Source: Dehalococcoidia bacterium (GTDB lineage Bacteria > Chloroflexota > Dehalococcoidia > Lucifugimonadales > Lucifugimonadaceae). Taken from it: 64,000 bases of DNA. The position numbers and the translations under genes are program-made. This document shows positions 1 through 9,890 of the stretch, one piece after another (positions within the stretch are counted from its first letter, which is position 1; each line of letters opens with the position of its first letter). The notes beneath the pieces are model-generated. The model saw only the letters and a program-made list of their open reading frames with translations, did no database searches and was not told the origin of the DNA. The DNA lies in NCBI GenBank assembly GCA_965224305.1, contig OZ245044.1, positions 2,605,027 to 2,669,026 on the forward strand, written 5' to 3'.

Positions 1-406
1 GAAAATCGAGGTCCGTCTCGATCTTTCGAAAGTAGGGCAGAACGTCGAGATAACTCCAACCCTCGTTGCCCAAAGCAGCCCAATCGTCGTAATCCTCTGG
101 GATACCGCGGAACCAGATCTGTCCGTTGATGGCACTCGAACCGCCCACGACTTTGCCGCGCGGAAGTTTGAACGGTTCCTGCATCGGCGTCGCTAGCGCT
201 TTGTAGCCCCATGTGTGTTCATCGACGTCGTACGACTCGTACCAAGCTTGAACGCCGTACTTGATGTTGTCCGGCATCGAGTTGATATCCGGATAGTCGG
301 GCCCCGCCTCGAGCAGCAACACTGAACGGTTGCGGTCCTCGGTCAGTCGCGATGCCAGCACACAACCGGCTGATCCCGCACCAACAACAATCACGTCATA
401 TTTCAT
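1..406 (-). CDS. GMC-family FAD oxidoreductase (choline dehydrogenase-like), N-terminal part; gene continues past window edge
   Basis: Minus-strand ATG at 406 translates to MKYDVIVVGAGSAGCVLASRLTEDRNRSVLLLEAGPDYPDI. This is the GxGxxG FAD-binding N-terminus typical of GMC oxidoreductases. The frame stays open to position 1. Confidence 0.8.
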   Translation of the reverse strand, partial: MKYDVIVVGAGSAGCVLASRLTEDRNRSVLLLEAGPDYPDINSMPDNIKYGVQAWYESYDVDEHTWGYKALATPMQEPFKLPRGKVVGGSSAINGQIWFRGIPEDYDDWAALGNEGWSYLDVLPYFRKIETDLDF

Positions 407-515
407 GGCAACGAACTTTCATCGATTCCGAAAATCGTTGCCGTGAAGTTTATTCGCAATTCATCCCAATCGCCCAATCGCGGTCGCGCGATTGGAACAA
501 AGTCGGCCATGAGCA

Positions 516-1510
516 TCACGCGACGGCGCGGTAGTGGTCGTACCAATCGCTGCCGAACGTGCGGCTCGGGTCGTACAAACGCTTTTGAGCCAAGAACCTG
601 CCAAACTGCGGATACACTTGCTTAACCTGTTCTTCCGTCGCGTAGCGATGATAGGTCAAAAAGAAACTTCCACCCAGCGATGCCGCATCGTCGATCAGAC
701 CTCTAAACGCGTCCGCAGCGCGGGCCTCACCCACCTCGGTGTGGTCGACGTGCAGGTTGACAACGATGCGCGCGTAACGATCCGTTGCCCAATTCAAGTA
801 TGTCTCGTCGTCCTTTTCGATGAGGCGAATCGTTCCGTAGATCACGTTTGCACCCTCGCGTCGCAAGGTCTCACTCGCCTTTGACATGAACTCGGCCAGT
901 TTGCCCACCGGCACGTAAAGCTCGGTGATCACTTCCGAACCCGGGTCTTCGGCCCCGACCGCCCTGTTCAATTCGTCGTGGTACCCATCAATGTACGTGC
1001 TCATCTGAAATTCACCTATGTCGTAGGTCTGACCGTCGGTGCCCAAGTAGAAATTCGCGTAAGCATCAAACGCCGCGGATTTGTCGGAAAGGCCGAGATA
1101 GATGAGCCGCTTCCAATCGTCCTCGCTGAAGCGTTGATCGGGCCGCATCGTCTCCGATCGTCGGTTCATCAACCGGGCGGTAACAAGAAAAAACTCCCGA
1201 GCGCATAAATCGATCCGAGTTTTCGTCTGTCATGTACTGAAAATCGCCGTAGAGATACCCGTCACCGATACGTTCTTCGAACGCCGCCGGCAATTGCTCG
1301 ATGTCGAAAACCTCGACCGACCGAAGCAATCGCATGGCGCGTTGCAATCGAAGCGTCACTGAGGCGAATACGCCGAATAGCCCATACCCGCCGATGGCAA
1401 GCGAGAACAACTCTGGATTTGAGGTTCGAGTGCACTCAATGGGTTCGCCGTTGTCGTTCACGATCACGAAAACTAGACACGTCCGTTCGCGATCGATCGA
1501 AATTCGCCAT
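516..1510 (-). pseudogene. FAD-linked oxidase (PCMH-type FAD-binding family) remnant, 5'-truncated and frameshifted
   Basis: ORF 1066..1647 carries only the end of an FAD_binding_4-like domain (NPELFSLAIGGYGLFGVFASVTLRLQ). ORF 516..1172 carries the C-terminal oxidase part (FFLTYHRYATEEQ...YDPSRTFGSDWY) in a different frame, and the two overlap at 1066-1172. The N-terminal GGGHS-type region is missing. Confidence 0.6.
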
Positions 1511-1567
1511 GGCTCCGGTGGTTTTGCGAGGGCGCATTCAACCCATGGGGGTGTTTCTAGGCTCCCG

Positions 1568-2038
1568 TTACGCCGTGCTCGCGTCTGCCATTTCTGGCAT
1601 CGAAAACTGACGCCAAGCGTCGAGTTGCTCCACCGGCACCCGTTCACGCAAAGCGCGACCTCGAGTCATCCGTTTTGGACGCTGATCAGTTTCGTCATTC
1701 TTCGCTCCGAGCTCGCGTTGGATGATCCGGTACACGGTCCGGTTGCTGATATTGACCTTCAACGCTATCGCGGAAACCTTGAAACCATCCGCGAACAACC
1801 TCATGATCTCCGTGTCGCGCATGACGGTTCGACCGTGCCGCGTCCCGTTCGCGTCGTCGTACTTGCAAAGCGCCAGCGGACAATCGAGGCAGGATGGTGC
1901 CGAATCACAACCAGTGTCTCGATAAACGGTGTTCTCTGGCAATCCCCGTGTCGTGTTGATTGAAGAAAACGGTTGTTCGCGAACGTTTTGCTTGCTCAAC
2001 GTTGTTTGATTGCCCTGCAGATGACTCGCCGTTAGCAT
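1568..2038 (-). CDS. Small HTH protein (Hin/resolvase-like HTH) with N-terminal Cys cluster
   Basis: 156-aa ORF with motif FKVSAIALKVNISNRTVYRIIQ (HTH_7/HTH_23-like). A CxxxxxCxxCxxxxC cluster (CDSAPSCLDCPLALC) precedes it. It starts 3 nt after the stop of the upstream ORF 2042..2728. Confidence 0.55.
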   Translation of the reverse strand: MLTASHLQGNQTTLSKQNVREQPFSSINTTRGLPENTVYRDTGCDSAPSCLDCPLALCKYDDANGTRHGRTVMRDTEIMRLFADGFKVSAIALKVNISNRTVYRIIQRELGAKNDETDQRPKRMTRGRALRERVPVEQLDAWRQFSMPEMADASTA

Positions 2039-2041
2039 CGC

Positions 2042-2728
2042 TCAGACTTGCCCTCGAAGCTGGCTCTCTTCCCAGGCCCTCTCGAACAGAGATCCCGCAA
2101 ATCCTGGTTGACCGTAAAACACAAACGTCAAAGCCTCGTCTCCACAACGTGGCGCGACGGTCCGATCGAACCATTCCGGATCGATGATGTGAGCACCCAC
2201 AACTTCGACCAGCACGTTGGGGAACACCCGTGCCGAATCATCCCTGATCGGGTTATCGACACTGACAAACACGTGACGTGCAGCTCCAATCGCGATGCTC
2301 CGCTCACCAACCGGTTGCCATAGCTCTCCCGCCCCAGCCTCCTCAAGCGCTGAAACCAACAAATCCATCGCCGGCCAGGTGTTCAGGTTCAACGACGGTG
2401 AAACCGTAACGCTGAGGCCGCCGAATCCTGAGGTCAAAGTGAGCAACATTCTCCGCATCGGCGTTGAAAAATCGGTCGCTTGGCTCACCGAACGGCACTT
2501 CACCGCAAACGTGTCGCACTCACTGGATACCGCCGACTGCATGATGCGCTGCCCCAACTCATCCCGATCGCTGATGAACTCCGACTTCACCCGCGTGAGC
2601 GTGCCCAGCTCCGCATCAATGTTTAAGTCAGTGTGCAGACCGCTGGCGCGGGCGGTTTCAACACGTGCCGTAGGCGCATCACTGTGTCCTCGACGCGCAA
2701 TCGGTCGTTCCAAAATCTGTGTAGTCAT
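2042..2728 (-). CDS. Hypothetical protein, no motif recognised
   Basis: 228-aa ORF directly upstream of, and co-oriented with, the HTH gene. The opposite-strand overlap (2295..2912) is only the spurious 5' extension of the cinA ORF. Confidence 0.45.
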   Translation of the reverse strand: MTTQILERPIARRGHSDAPTARVETARASGLHTDLNIDAELGTLTRVKSEFISDRDELGQRIMQSAVSSECDTFAVKCRSVSQATDFSTPMRRMLLTLTSGFGGLSVTVSPSLNLNTWPAMDLLVSALEEAGAGELWQPVGERSIAIGAARHVFVSVDNPIRDDSARVFPNVLVEVVGAHIIDPEWFDRTVAPRCGDEALTFVFYGQPGFAGSLFERAWEESQLRGQV

Positions 2729-2912
2729 TTCTCGTATCTCCGCATATCATCGAACCCACGTTCTAAATAGAACATACATCCTATCCGTGTTTTTGTCAAG
2801 CCATTCGTCGATTTCCCAAAAATCACATCCAATGCACGATCGATGCGTTCGAGACGATTCGTGCATAATGGACATCGGCGCAGCACCCATTGTTATCGGC
2901 GGAACCTCACAA

Positions 2913-4142
2913 ATGTCAGTAAACGTTGAGATCGTTTCAATCGGCTCCGAACTCTTGCTGGGCCAAATCGTCGATACAAACTCCGCTTGGATCTCCCAAC
3001 GACTCGCCGAAAACGGCGCAAACGTCTTCTACAAGTCATGTGTCGGCGACAACATCAACCGCATGACCGAAGTCCTCCGCATCGCGCTAAATCGCGCCGA
3101 TGTCGTAATTACCGGCGGCGGCATCGGCCCGACTCAAGACGATCTGACACGGGAAGCAGTTGCGGAAGTCTTCGGCGTCGACGTCGTGACCGATCCCGAC
3201 TCCCTCACCGAGCTTCACGAACGATTCCAAAACCGCGGCTTCATCCTCACCAAAAACAACGAACGTCAAGCCCAGATCCCAGATGGCGCCACTGTCATCC
3301 GCAATCCCAACGGCACCGCACCCGCCTTCATGGTCGAATCCGACAAAGGCACCATCATCAGCCTCCCGGGTGTGCCCTTCGAGATGAAGTGGCTAATCAC
3401 CAACGAGATAATCCCCTACCTCCGCCAGAAATACGACGTCGGCGAAACCATCCACTACCGCGTCCTCAAAGTGGCAGATCTCGGCGAAAGCGCCGTTGAC
3501 CACGAGATCGGACATCTCATTGCCGAATCATCCAACCCGACAGTCGGAGTGCTTGCGCGTCCCGGCCAAGTCGATGTGCGTATCGCCGCCCGGGCAGCAA
3601 CCGTCGACGACGCCAACAAGCTCATCGAACCTGTAGAAGCCGAAGTTAGACGGCTCCTCGGAAACCACATCTTCGGTACCGACGACGAAACCATTGAGAG
3701 CGTCATCGGCGACATGCTGCGCCAGCGCGATGAAACCGTCGCCGTCTACGAAGACCTCAGCGGCGGCGCGGTTTCCGATTCAATGCGGACCTCCGCCGGC
3801 GATCGATTCCTCGAAGCCATCGTCGCCAACACCAACGTTCCACGCGACCGACTGATCGGCAACGGCAATTCCGAAGAAATGGCCGGCGAAGAGCGCGCCA
3901 AAGCACTCGCCAACGCCATCCGCCAACATTCCGGTGCAACTCTCGGCATCGCGGTCCACGGCATTCCCGAAGCTGAAGGTAGCGCCGAGAACCTCGCCCG
4001 CGGTGACACATACATCGTGATCGCCGACGCCGAGAAAACCGAAATGCGTCACGTCAGATCTGCCGGCAGTGGCGCGCCAGACCGCCGTAGAGCCGCAATG
4101 TACGCCTTCGGAGCACTGCGTCAACACCTACTCAAATCGTGA
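2913..4142 (+). CDS. cinA: CinA-family protein (MoCF-binding domain plus nicotinamide-nucleotide amidase-like C-domain)
   Basis: From ATG 2913: MSVNVEIVSIGSELLLGQIVDTNSAWISQRLAENG...VVITGGGIGPTQDDLTREA. The 409-aa length fits CinA. Confidence 0.85.
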   Translation: MSVNVEIVSIGSELLLGQIVDTNSAWISQRLAENGANVFYKSCVGDNINRMTEVLRIALNRADVVITGGGIGPTQDDLTREAVAEVFGVDVVTDPDSLTELHERFQNRGFILTKNNERQAQIPDGATVIRNPNGTAPAFMVESDKGTIISLPGVPFEMKWLITNEIIPYLRQKYDVGETIHYRVLKVADLGESAVDHEIGHLIAESSNPTVGVLARPGQVDVRIAARAATVDDANKLIEPVEAEVRRLLGNHIFGTDDETIESVIGDMLRQRDETVAVYEDLSGGAVSDSMRTSAGDRFLEAIVANTNVPRDRLIGNGNSEEMAGEERAKALANAIRQHSGATLGIAVHGIPEAEGSAENLARGDTYIVIADAEKTEMRHVRSAGSGAPDRRRAAMYAFGALRQHLLKS

Positions 4143-4176
4143 TCTTGGAATCTAAACCGGATCGGAAGGAAACGAC

Positions 4177-4878
4177 ATGAAGTTGCAACGCCGGAACGCA
4201 AAAACACTCTTGATCGCAGCGTTCACCTGCGCAATGCTCGCAACCTTGATGGTCGCCTGCTCATCGCCCGAACCGACGCCAACACCAGTACCCCCAACTC
4301 CGACGCCGGTACGGCCAACGGCCACTCTCGTGCCTCCAACTCCGACACCCGTGCCGCCAACCGCTACTCCAGTGCCTCCAACTGCGACGCCCGTTCCTCC
4401 CACGGCAACACCCATACCACCAACAGCGACTCCCGAACCAACCGAAGCCCCCCAAGCGCCTGAGGAACCAGCGGCTGGCACAACCGATGAAATCAGTCCC
4501 TTCGGATTGTCCGCGCACGCCGCCGCCTGCATCGAAGAGCACGCCGACGCGGAGACCAAGGACAAAGTCTTCACCGCCATCGAGGCGCTCACCACCGGCG
4601 AAGACGCCATGCCCGACCACATACTCGACCTGCTCGACGCTGCCGAACCCTTGACGCGTTGCGGTGTCATGCCCAAGCGCTTCGCGCCGATCGTTGCGCA
4701 AATCTCGCGAGAGGACGCCGCGTGTGTCATTGAGCAAAGCGGTGTCGAACAGCTCATGGCATTCTTCACGATCACTGAAGAACAACAAGCCCAGACACTA
4801 AACCTAATGGCGCTTTCACCGCTGCTCGGTGCTCTCCAAGCCTGCGAGGTCACCCTTGACCTCACGGCTGGACAGTAG
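4177..4878 (+). CDS. Secreted lipoprotein with Pro/Thr-rich linker
   Basis: Signal peptide plus lipobox (LATLMVAC|SS), then PT-rich heptads (PVPPTAT). SD-like ggaagga lies upstream of the ATG. Confidence 0.7.
   Translation: MKLQRRNAKTLLIAAFTCAMLATLMVACSSPEPTPTPVPPTPTPVRPTATLVPPTPTPVPPTATPVPPTATPVPPTATPIPPTATPEPTEAPQAPEEPAAGTTDEISPFGLSAHAAACIEEHADAETKDKVFTAIEALTTGEDAMPDHILDLLDAAEPLTRCGVMPKRFAPIVAQISREDAACVIEQSGVEQLMAFFTITEEQQAQTLNLMALSPLLGALQACEVTLDLTAGQ
4264..4467 (+). repeat. In-frame tandem 21-nt (heptad [14 protein letters not shown]) low-complexity repeat inside the lipoprotein gene
   Basis: Translated residues 30-97 are almost only P/T/V/A. Three to four near-identical PVPPTAT units lie around 4348-4431. 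Confidence 0.8.
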
Positions 4879-5016
4879 GACGATATGTTAGACCGCAAAT
4901 CGTCCCCAAATCGTACGAAACCAACCCGTGCAACCCTGCAAACGCTTATCATTTCCGAGTAACGAACATGCCTCGGAAACACTGACACCACAACACTTCC
5001 CCAGGAGCGCATCGAC

Positions 5017-6069
5017 ATGAGAAGCAAGGCAGCAATTCACGTGGAACACGGCAAGCCCTTGGAGGTCGACGAGATCGAGATCCCCGACCCCCGTGCCGAT
5101 CAAGTACACGTCAAGCTACACTCCAGCGGCGTCTGTCACTCGCAGCTCCACCAGATGCACAACCCGCAGACTCCGACACCATCCCTCCTCGGGCACGAAG
5201 GCACCGGAACGGTAATGGCCGTCGGCTCCGAAGTCACCCACGTCAAGGAAGGCGACCTCGCAATCGTGACATGGGTCCCCAAAGACCCGATCCGGGGACG
5301 ATGGACACCCGAACCCAGCGGCGCAACCTACCGAGAAGAACCCCTCAACGGCGCAACCTACACGTGGGGTGAAGACGCTCTCGTATGGGGCGGATACGTA
5401 GTCCCCATCGCCGACGACAGCCCCAAAGATCTCTCGTCAATCGTCGGTTGCGCGGTACTCACCGGCGCCGGCGCAGTCCTGAACACGGCACGAGTACGAC
5501 CCGGAGACTCCGTTGCCATCTATGGCGTCGGTGGCGTCGGCACCTCCGCCCTCATCATGGCCAGCATCCTTGAGGCATACCCCCTAATCGCCGTCGACAT
5601 CGAAGACTCCAAACTCGAATACGCCAAAGAAATGGGCGCTACGCACACCGTCAACGCAGTGAAGACCGACCCGATCGAGGCGATCCACGAGATCACCGGC
5701 GGCGGTACAGACTACGCGTTTGACGCCATCGGTCTCCAGATAACCAGCGAACAGATCCTCCCGTCCGTCCGAGGCGGCGGTCCCGGCGCCGACAACCACG
5801 GCGGAATGGCCGTCCTCATCGGTATGCCAGCACCGCAGATGACCGTCGACCCAGGCCAGTTCATGTATCACCAGAAGCAGTATCGTGGCTCCCTTGGCGC
5901 TACCTACCCCCAAAAGGACTTCGATCAGTTCCTACGTTGGCACCAAGAAGGCAAGTTCCCGCTCGACAAGCTAGTCACCCGCCGCTACACCCTCGACCAG
6001 ATCAACGAAGCCTGCGACGACCTTCAGAACGGCGAGATACTGGGCCGCGCCATCATGGTCTACGACTAG
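5017..6069 (+). CDS. Zinc-dependent alcohol dehydrogenase family protein
   Basis: SSGVCHSQLH...GHEGTGTVMAVGSEVTHVKEGD zinc-ligand region and a GVGGVGTS Rossmann motif. Confidence 0.85.
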   Translation: MRSKAAIHVEHGKPLEVDEIEIPDPRADQVHVKLHSSGVCHSQLHQMHNPQTPTPSLLGHEGTGTVMAVGSEVTHVKEGDLAIVTWVPKDPIRGRWTPEPSGATYREEPLNGATYTWGEDALVWGGYVVPIADDSPKDLSSIVGCAVLTGAGAVLNTARVRPGDSVAIYGVGGVGTSALIMASILEAYPLIAVDIEDSKLEYAKEMGATHTVNAVKTDPIEAIHEITGGGTDYAFDAIGLQITSEQILPSVRGGGPGADNHGGMAVLIGMPAPQMTVDPGQFMYHQKQYRGSLGATYPQKDFDQFLRWHQEGKFPLDKLVTRRYTLDQINEACDDLQNGEILGRAIMVYD

Positions 6070-6096
6070 ACGGCGAACCAAGCAACCAGCCCCTGA

Positions 6097-6141
6097 AACC
6101 CGCGGCGGAACCCATATCAGTTTCCGCCGCGGGTTCTTTTT
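6097..6141 (+). terminator. Intrinsic terminator after the ADH gene
   Basis: 14-bp perfect stem aacccgcggcggaa / ttccgccgcgggtt, followed by cttttt. Confidence 0.75.
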
Positions 6142-6250
6142 CCGCAACCCATGAGTGCCTGCTAACCTTGATCCGGCGCGCCCCAAATCGCCCCGAATCG
6201 CCCAACAAAAGCCCAACTCAACCCGAAACGCAGCGCAAAATCGCGAAACC

Positions 6251-7195
6251 ATGCACTACCGCACACTTGGAAAATCCGGCATCCGCGTCTCGCTAGCTTC
6301 CTATGGTGGCGGCGGCCCTAGCCAGTTCGGCAAAGCCGCCGGACTCACCGCGAAACAACGGCGAGCCCTCATCGCCCGAGCCCTCGATCTCGGCATCAAC
6401 ATGTTCGATACCGCCGCCAACTACGGAGACAGCGAGGAACAGTTGGGCCGAGCCCTAAACGGCGTCCCACGCGATTCCTTCCTCATCGGCACCAAGTGGA
6501 CTTGGAAGACTGCCGATGGCATCCTGCCTAACACTGATTCACTTATTGCATCGGTAGAACAGAGCATGAGGCGCTTCAACACCGATGTCATCGACATCAT
6601 GCAGGTCCACGGCATCCATAAGTCCAACTACTTCGACATCACCGAGCGATACGCACCCACGTTGCAGAAGCTCAAAGAGCAAGGCAAAGTCCGACTCATC
6701 GGCTTTACCGAGATGATGACCGAAGACCCGAAACACACCGTGCCCCAGACCGCACTCGAAAAGCACCCCGATATCTGGGACACTATCATGCTTAAATATG
6801 GGATACTCAACCAATACGCCGCTAAGAAAACCTTGCCACTCGCCCAAAAACACGGTGTCGCTACCCTCAATATGGCTCCTGTACGCTTCACCCTCACCAG
6901 GCAACACGAATACGATCAGCTGCTAGAACAATGGCGCGCCCAAGGAGAGATCGACGTCGATAATCCGAAGCTCCGCGACGGCCTAGACTGGCTAATCACA
7001 GCAGACGCCCCCTCCATCATCGCCGCGGGCTACAAATTCGCCGCCGATCATCCCGGCATCTCAACCGTCATCACCGGCACCTCAAACATCAAACACCTCG
7101 AAGACAACATCGCCGCCTTCGAAAAACCAACGCTCCCTGACGAACACATGGAGCTACTCACAAAGCTCCTAGGCAACTCTGCCGCGCCGCGTTAA
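6251..7195 (+). CDS. Aldo/keto reductase
   Basis: MHYRTLGKSGIRVSLASYGGGG...FDTAANYGDSEEQLG, typical AKR N-terminus. The start is taken at ATG 6251 inside the longer ORF 6155..7195. Confidence 0.85.
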   Translation: MHYRTLGKSGIRVSLASYGGGGPSQFGKAAGLTAKQRRALIARALDLGINMFDTAANYGDSEEQLGRALNGVPRDSFLIGTKWTWKTADGILPNTDSLIASVEQSMRRFNTDVIDIMQVHGIHKSNYFDITERYAPTLQKLKEQGKVRLIGFTEMMTEDPKHTVPQTALEKHPDIWDTIMLKYGILNQYAAKKTLPLAQKHGVATLNMAPVRFTLTRQHEYDQLLEQWRAQGEIDVDNPKLRDGLDWLITADAPSIIAAGYKFAADHPGISTVITGTSNIKHLEDNIAAFEKPTLPDEHMELLTKLLGNSAAPR

Positions 7196-7203
7196 CCAAT
7201 CCA

Positions 7204-8652
7204 CTACTCCAGCGGAAACAGATCCGACTGATGCTCAACGCGTCGGAATAGCTCTTCCAGTGGCACGATGTCCAGCCTCGGGTAAACTCGCCCATCGATC
7301 TCGAACTCGCCAACCGATTCGGCGTCCTTCAAATTCTCCACGCTTGGTTCGTGCGCGGTAACCAGCAATCCCCCCACGACACCATCTTCAGTCTCCCAAT
7401 CCAAAATTCGCTTTAAATCGGCCAGTATCTGCCCGTCGATCCTGCGACCACCCGCAACCCGCAACACTGTGTGGTTAGTTCCGCCCAAAGCGGCCGCAAT
7501 CGGAACCACGCCGTCGATTCCCCTATCAACGTCCTGCCAATCACGCCACGGCACGCATTTCGGAATCATGCTCATCACACCTCGTTCGAACCGTCGCGAA
7601 TCGCTTTCAGCCATCTCAATCCATGCAGCCAAATCGCCAGTACCCCTCGTCGGCAACCCGCTAACCGCAAAATCGTCGGCAAACTTCCCCCGACGGAAAC
7701 GATCGCGCAGAACGCTCAAAGCCATCGGCTCAAGATCGATCCCGATCCAAGACCTTCCCAATGCTTCCGCCGCGACCATCGTTGTTCCGCATCCGCAAAA
7801 CGGATCCATCACCACATCGCCCTCGTTGCTCGACGACCGGATGATCCGCTCCAACAGCTTCACCGGCTTCTGAGTCGGGTAACCCGTCCGCTCCGGCGAC
7901 CAAGTCTGCAACGAGTTGATGTCCGACCACCAATCCGGCATATGCGCGCCACGCTCGAGGTCACGTTCGCGGCCATCGATGCTGGTTCCGCCACGCGATT
8001 CAACCAAGGCTTTCGAGGCATAGGAATACTCCGAGTACTGCGGATTGAACGTGTAAACATCACTCTTCGAATACCGCAATATCACGTCGTGCTTGCGAGC
8101 GAAGTCCCGCCGCGGAACACCACCGCCACGGTAGCACCAAACAATCTCGTTCCGAAAGTTCTCACGCCCGAACACCGCGTCCATGATCACCTTGAGATAG
8201 TGGCTCGCAGTCGGATCGCAGTGCAGATACACGCTGCCAGTCGGTTTGAGCAGCCGATTTATCTCAACGAGACGAGTTGTCATGTTCACCAGGTACGCCA
8301 TCAATCGGTCCCGACCAACTGCCTTAAGCAACCCTGAAACAGTCTCGGCGATGGCTTCACCACGATATTCGTGCACCGTTTCGTCAAACAACGCCTCCGA
8401 TACATCGTCCCAAACCCATACATCCTCAAACGCCGGAAGATGCGCCTCAGGCTTCAACACCGACGGCCCACGAAAAACGATCTTGTAGTTTTTGTTCGAA
8501 TTAAACGGCGGATCCAAATAGACCAGATCGACCGATCCCGCATCCATCCCCCGCATCACCTCAAGGTTGTCGCCAACATGAAGACGCCTCACCCCGCGTC
8601 TCAAACCTTCAACTTTAGAAACCGATCCGATCTCTGGTTCGTATTGCGTCAT
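7204..8652 (-). CDS. Solitary beta-class DNA methyltransferase (DPPF motif, probably N6-adenine) with C-terminal Mrr-like domain
   Basis: Motif IV (LVYLDPPFNSN) precedes motif I (VMDPFCGCGTTMVAAEALGRSWIGIDL). The last ~130 aa resemble an Mrr/restriction-endonuclease fold (FERGV...VDRGIDGVV...LLVTAHEPS), but I see no (E/Q)xK. Confidence 0.85.
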   Translation of the reverse strand: MTQYEPEIGSVSKVEGLRRGVRRLHVGDNLEVMRGMDAGSVDLVYLDPPFNSNKNYKIVFRGPSVLKPEAHLPAFEDVWVWDDVSEALFDETVHEYRGEAIAETVSGLLKAVGRDRLMAYLVNMTTRLVEINRLLKPTGSVYLHCDPTASHYLKVIMDAVFGRENFRNEIVWCYRGGGVPRRDFARKHDVILRYSKSDVYTFNPQYSEYSYASKALVESRGGTSIDGRERDLERGAHMPDWWSDINSLQTWSPERTGYPTQKPVKLLERIIRSSSNEGDVVMDPFCGCGTTMVAAEALGRSWIGIDLEPMALSVLRDRFRRGKFADDFAVSGLPTRGTGDLAAWIEMAESDSRRFERGVMSMIPKCVPWRDWQDVDRGIDGVVPIAAALGGTNHTVLRVAGGRRIDGQILADLKRILDWETEDGVVGGLLVTAHEPSVENLKDAESVGEFEIDGRVYPRLDIVPLEELFRRVEHQSDLFPLE

Positions 8653-8846
8653 GTCGATTTGTGTGACTCGGCCCTAAGTTGATGGCCGCAATCTGTCAGA
8701 AGACAACCTCTCGGGGTGGGATTTTACGATTTGATGCTATATTTGGCGCAGTCTACGATTGAACTAACAGATAACTCAAGGGTCGGATTGAAAAACCAAC
8801 TTCAAACCCTTCATCGCATCCTCCCGATATCGAAAGGACCCTTAGC

Positions 8847-9857
8847 TTGACCACATCGTCAACAACCGTCGCCGAATCCACCGTCAACCGGGAACACGCC
8901 GACACCATTGACCGAATCGTCGATAACGTCGGACGCGTAATCATCGGCAAAGACGCCGCCGTACGACTGGCAGTAGTAGCGCTATTAAGCCGCGGACACA
9001 TCCTCGTCGAAGACGTCCCAGGCGTCGGCAAGACCATGCTCGCCCGATCCGTCGCCATCACCACCGGTTGCGACTTCAAACGCGTCCAGTTCACCCCCGA
9101 CCTCCTACCTAGCGATATCACCGGCGCTTCCGTCTACAACCAGCAGACCGGTCAATTCGAATATCGCCCTGGCCCAGTAATGGCACAGATCGTGCTCGCC
9201 GACGAAGTCAACCGTGCCACTCCCAAAACTCAGTCCGCGCTCCTAGAAGCAATGGGAGAGCAACAGGTCACCGTCGAAGGCGTCACCCACCTCCTGCCCA
9301 ACCCATTCATGGTCATCGCAACCCAAAATCCCATCGAATACGAAGGAACCTTCCCACTGCCCGAGGCCCAGCTAGACCGGTTCTTCATGCGAATCTCTCT
9401 CGGATATCCCGACCCCCGCGAAGAAGTCGCCATCATGGACGGAAGAGAGGCCACCGACCCCATCGACCTCCTCACCTCCGCCTGCACCGACGACGACATT
9501 GCCGCCCTCCAGCACTACGCCGAAACCATCTACATCGACGATCTCATCAAGCAGTACATCGTCGAGATCGCAACCGCCACACGCACCCATCCAGACACCA
9601 CGCTCGGCGTCTCGCCACGTGCCAGCATCAACATGATGAAAGGCGCCAAAGCCTACGCCATGCTCCAAGGACGCGACTACGTAATACCCGACGACGTCAA
9701 AGCAATCGCCGTCCCCGTAATGTCTCACCGCGTTCTCCTTTCGCCATCCGCGCGCATGAGAGGCATAAACCAGAGCACCATAGTCAACGAGGCCATAGAA
9801 CAAGCCACCGTCCCCGGCGCCAGCGGAGGACGGATCGCCGCAACCATCACGGCCTAA
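8847..9857 (+). CDS. MoxR-like AAA+ ATPase
   Basis: Walker A EDVPGVGKT and Walker B LADEVNRA; typical MoxR length. TTG start with gaaagga SD. Confidence 0.9.
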   Translation: MTTSSTTVAESTVNREHADTIDRIVDNVGRVIIGKDAAVRLAVVALLSRGHILVEDVPGVGKTMLARSVAITTGCDFKRVQFTPDLLPSDITGASVYNQQTGQFEYRPGPVMAQIVLADEVNRATPKTQSALLEAMGEQQVTVEGVTHLLPNPFMVIATQNPIEYEGTFPLPEAQLDRFFMRISLGYPDPREEVAIMDGREATDPIDLLTSACTDDDIAALQHYAETIYIDDLIKQYIVEIATATRTHPDTTLGVSPRASINMMKGAKAYAMLQGRDYVIPDDVKAIAVPVMSHRVLLSPSARMRGINQSTIVNEAIEQATVPGASGGRIAATITA

Positions 9858-9890
9858 GACCTCCATCTAATCCAGAGAAAACACAAACTC

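Noticed and set aside
1568-2038. HTH protein as an IS transposase fragment marking a mobile element
   Set aside because: There is no DDE or serine-recombinase catalytic region anywhere nearby, and I could not find terminal inverted repeats. It is kept as a plain HTH gene.
2295-2912. Long 5' extension of the cinA ORF (615-aa ORF 2295..4142)
   Set aside because: The extension is Ser/Arg/Cys-rich and runs antisense to ORF 2042..2728. It also crosses an obvious AT-rich promoter region (2740-2900). CinA similarity begins only at MSVNVEIVSIGSELL (2913).
4264-4467. Short tandem repeats as a possible CRISPR array
   Set aside because: The repeats are 21-nt in-frame heptad codons inside a lipoprotein ORF. 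There are no spacers and no cas genes.
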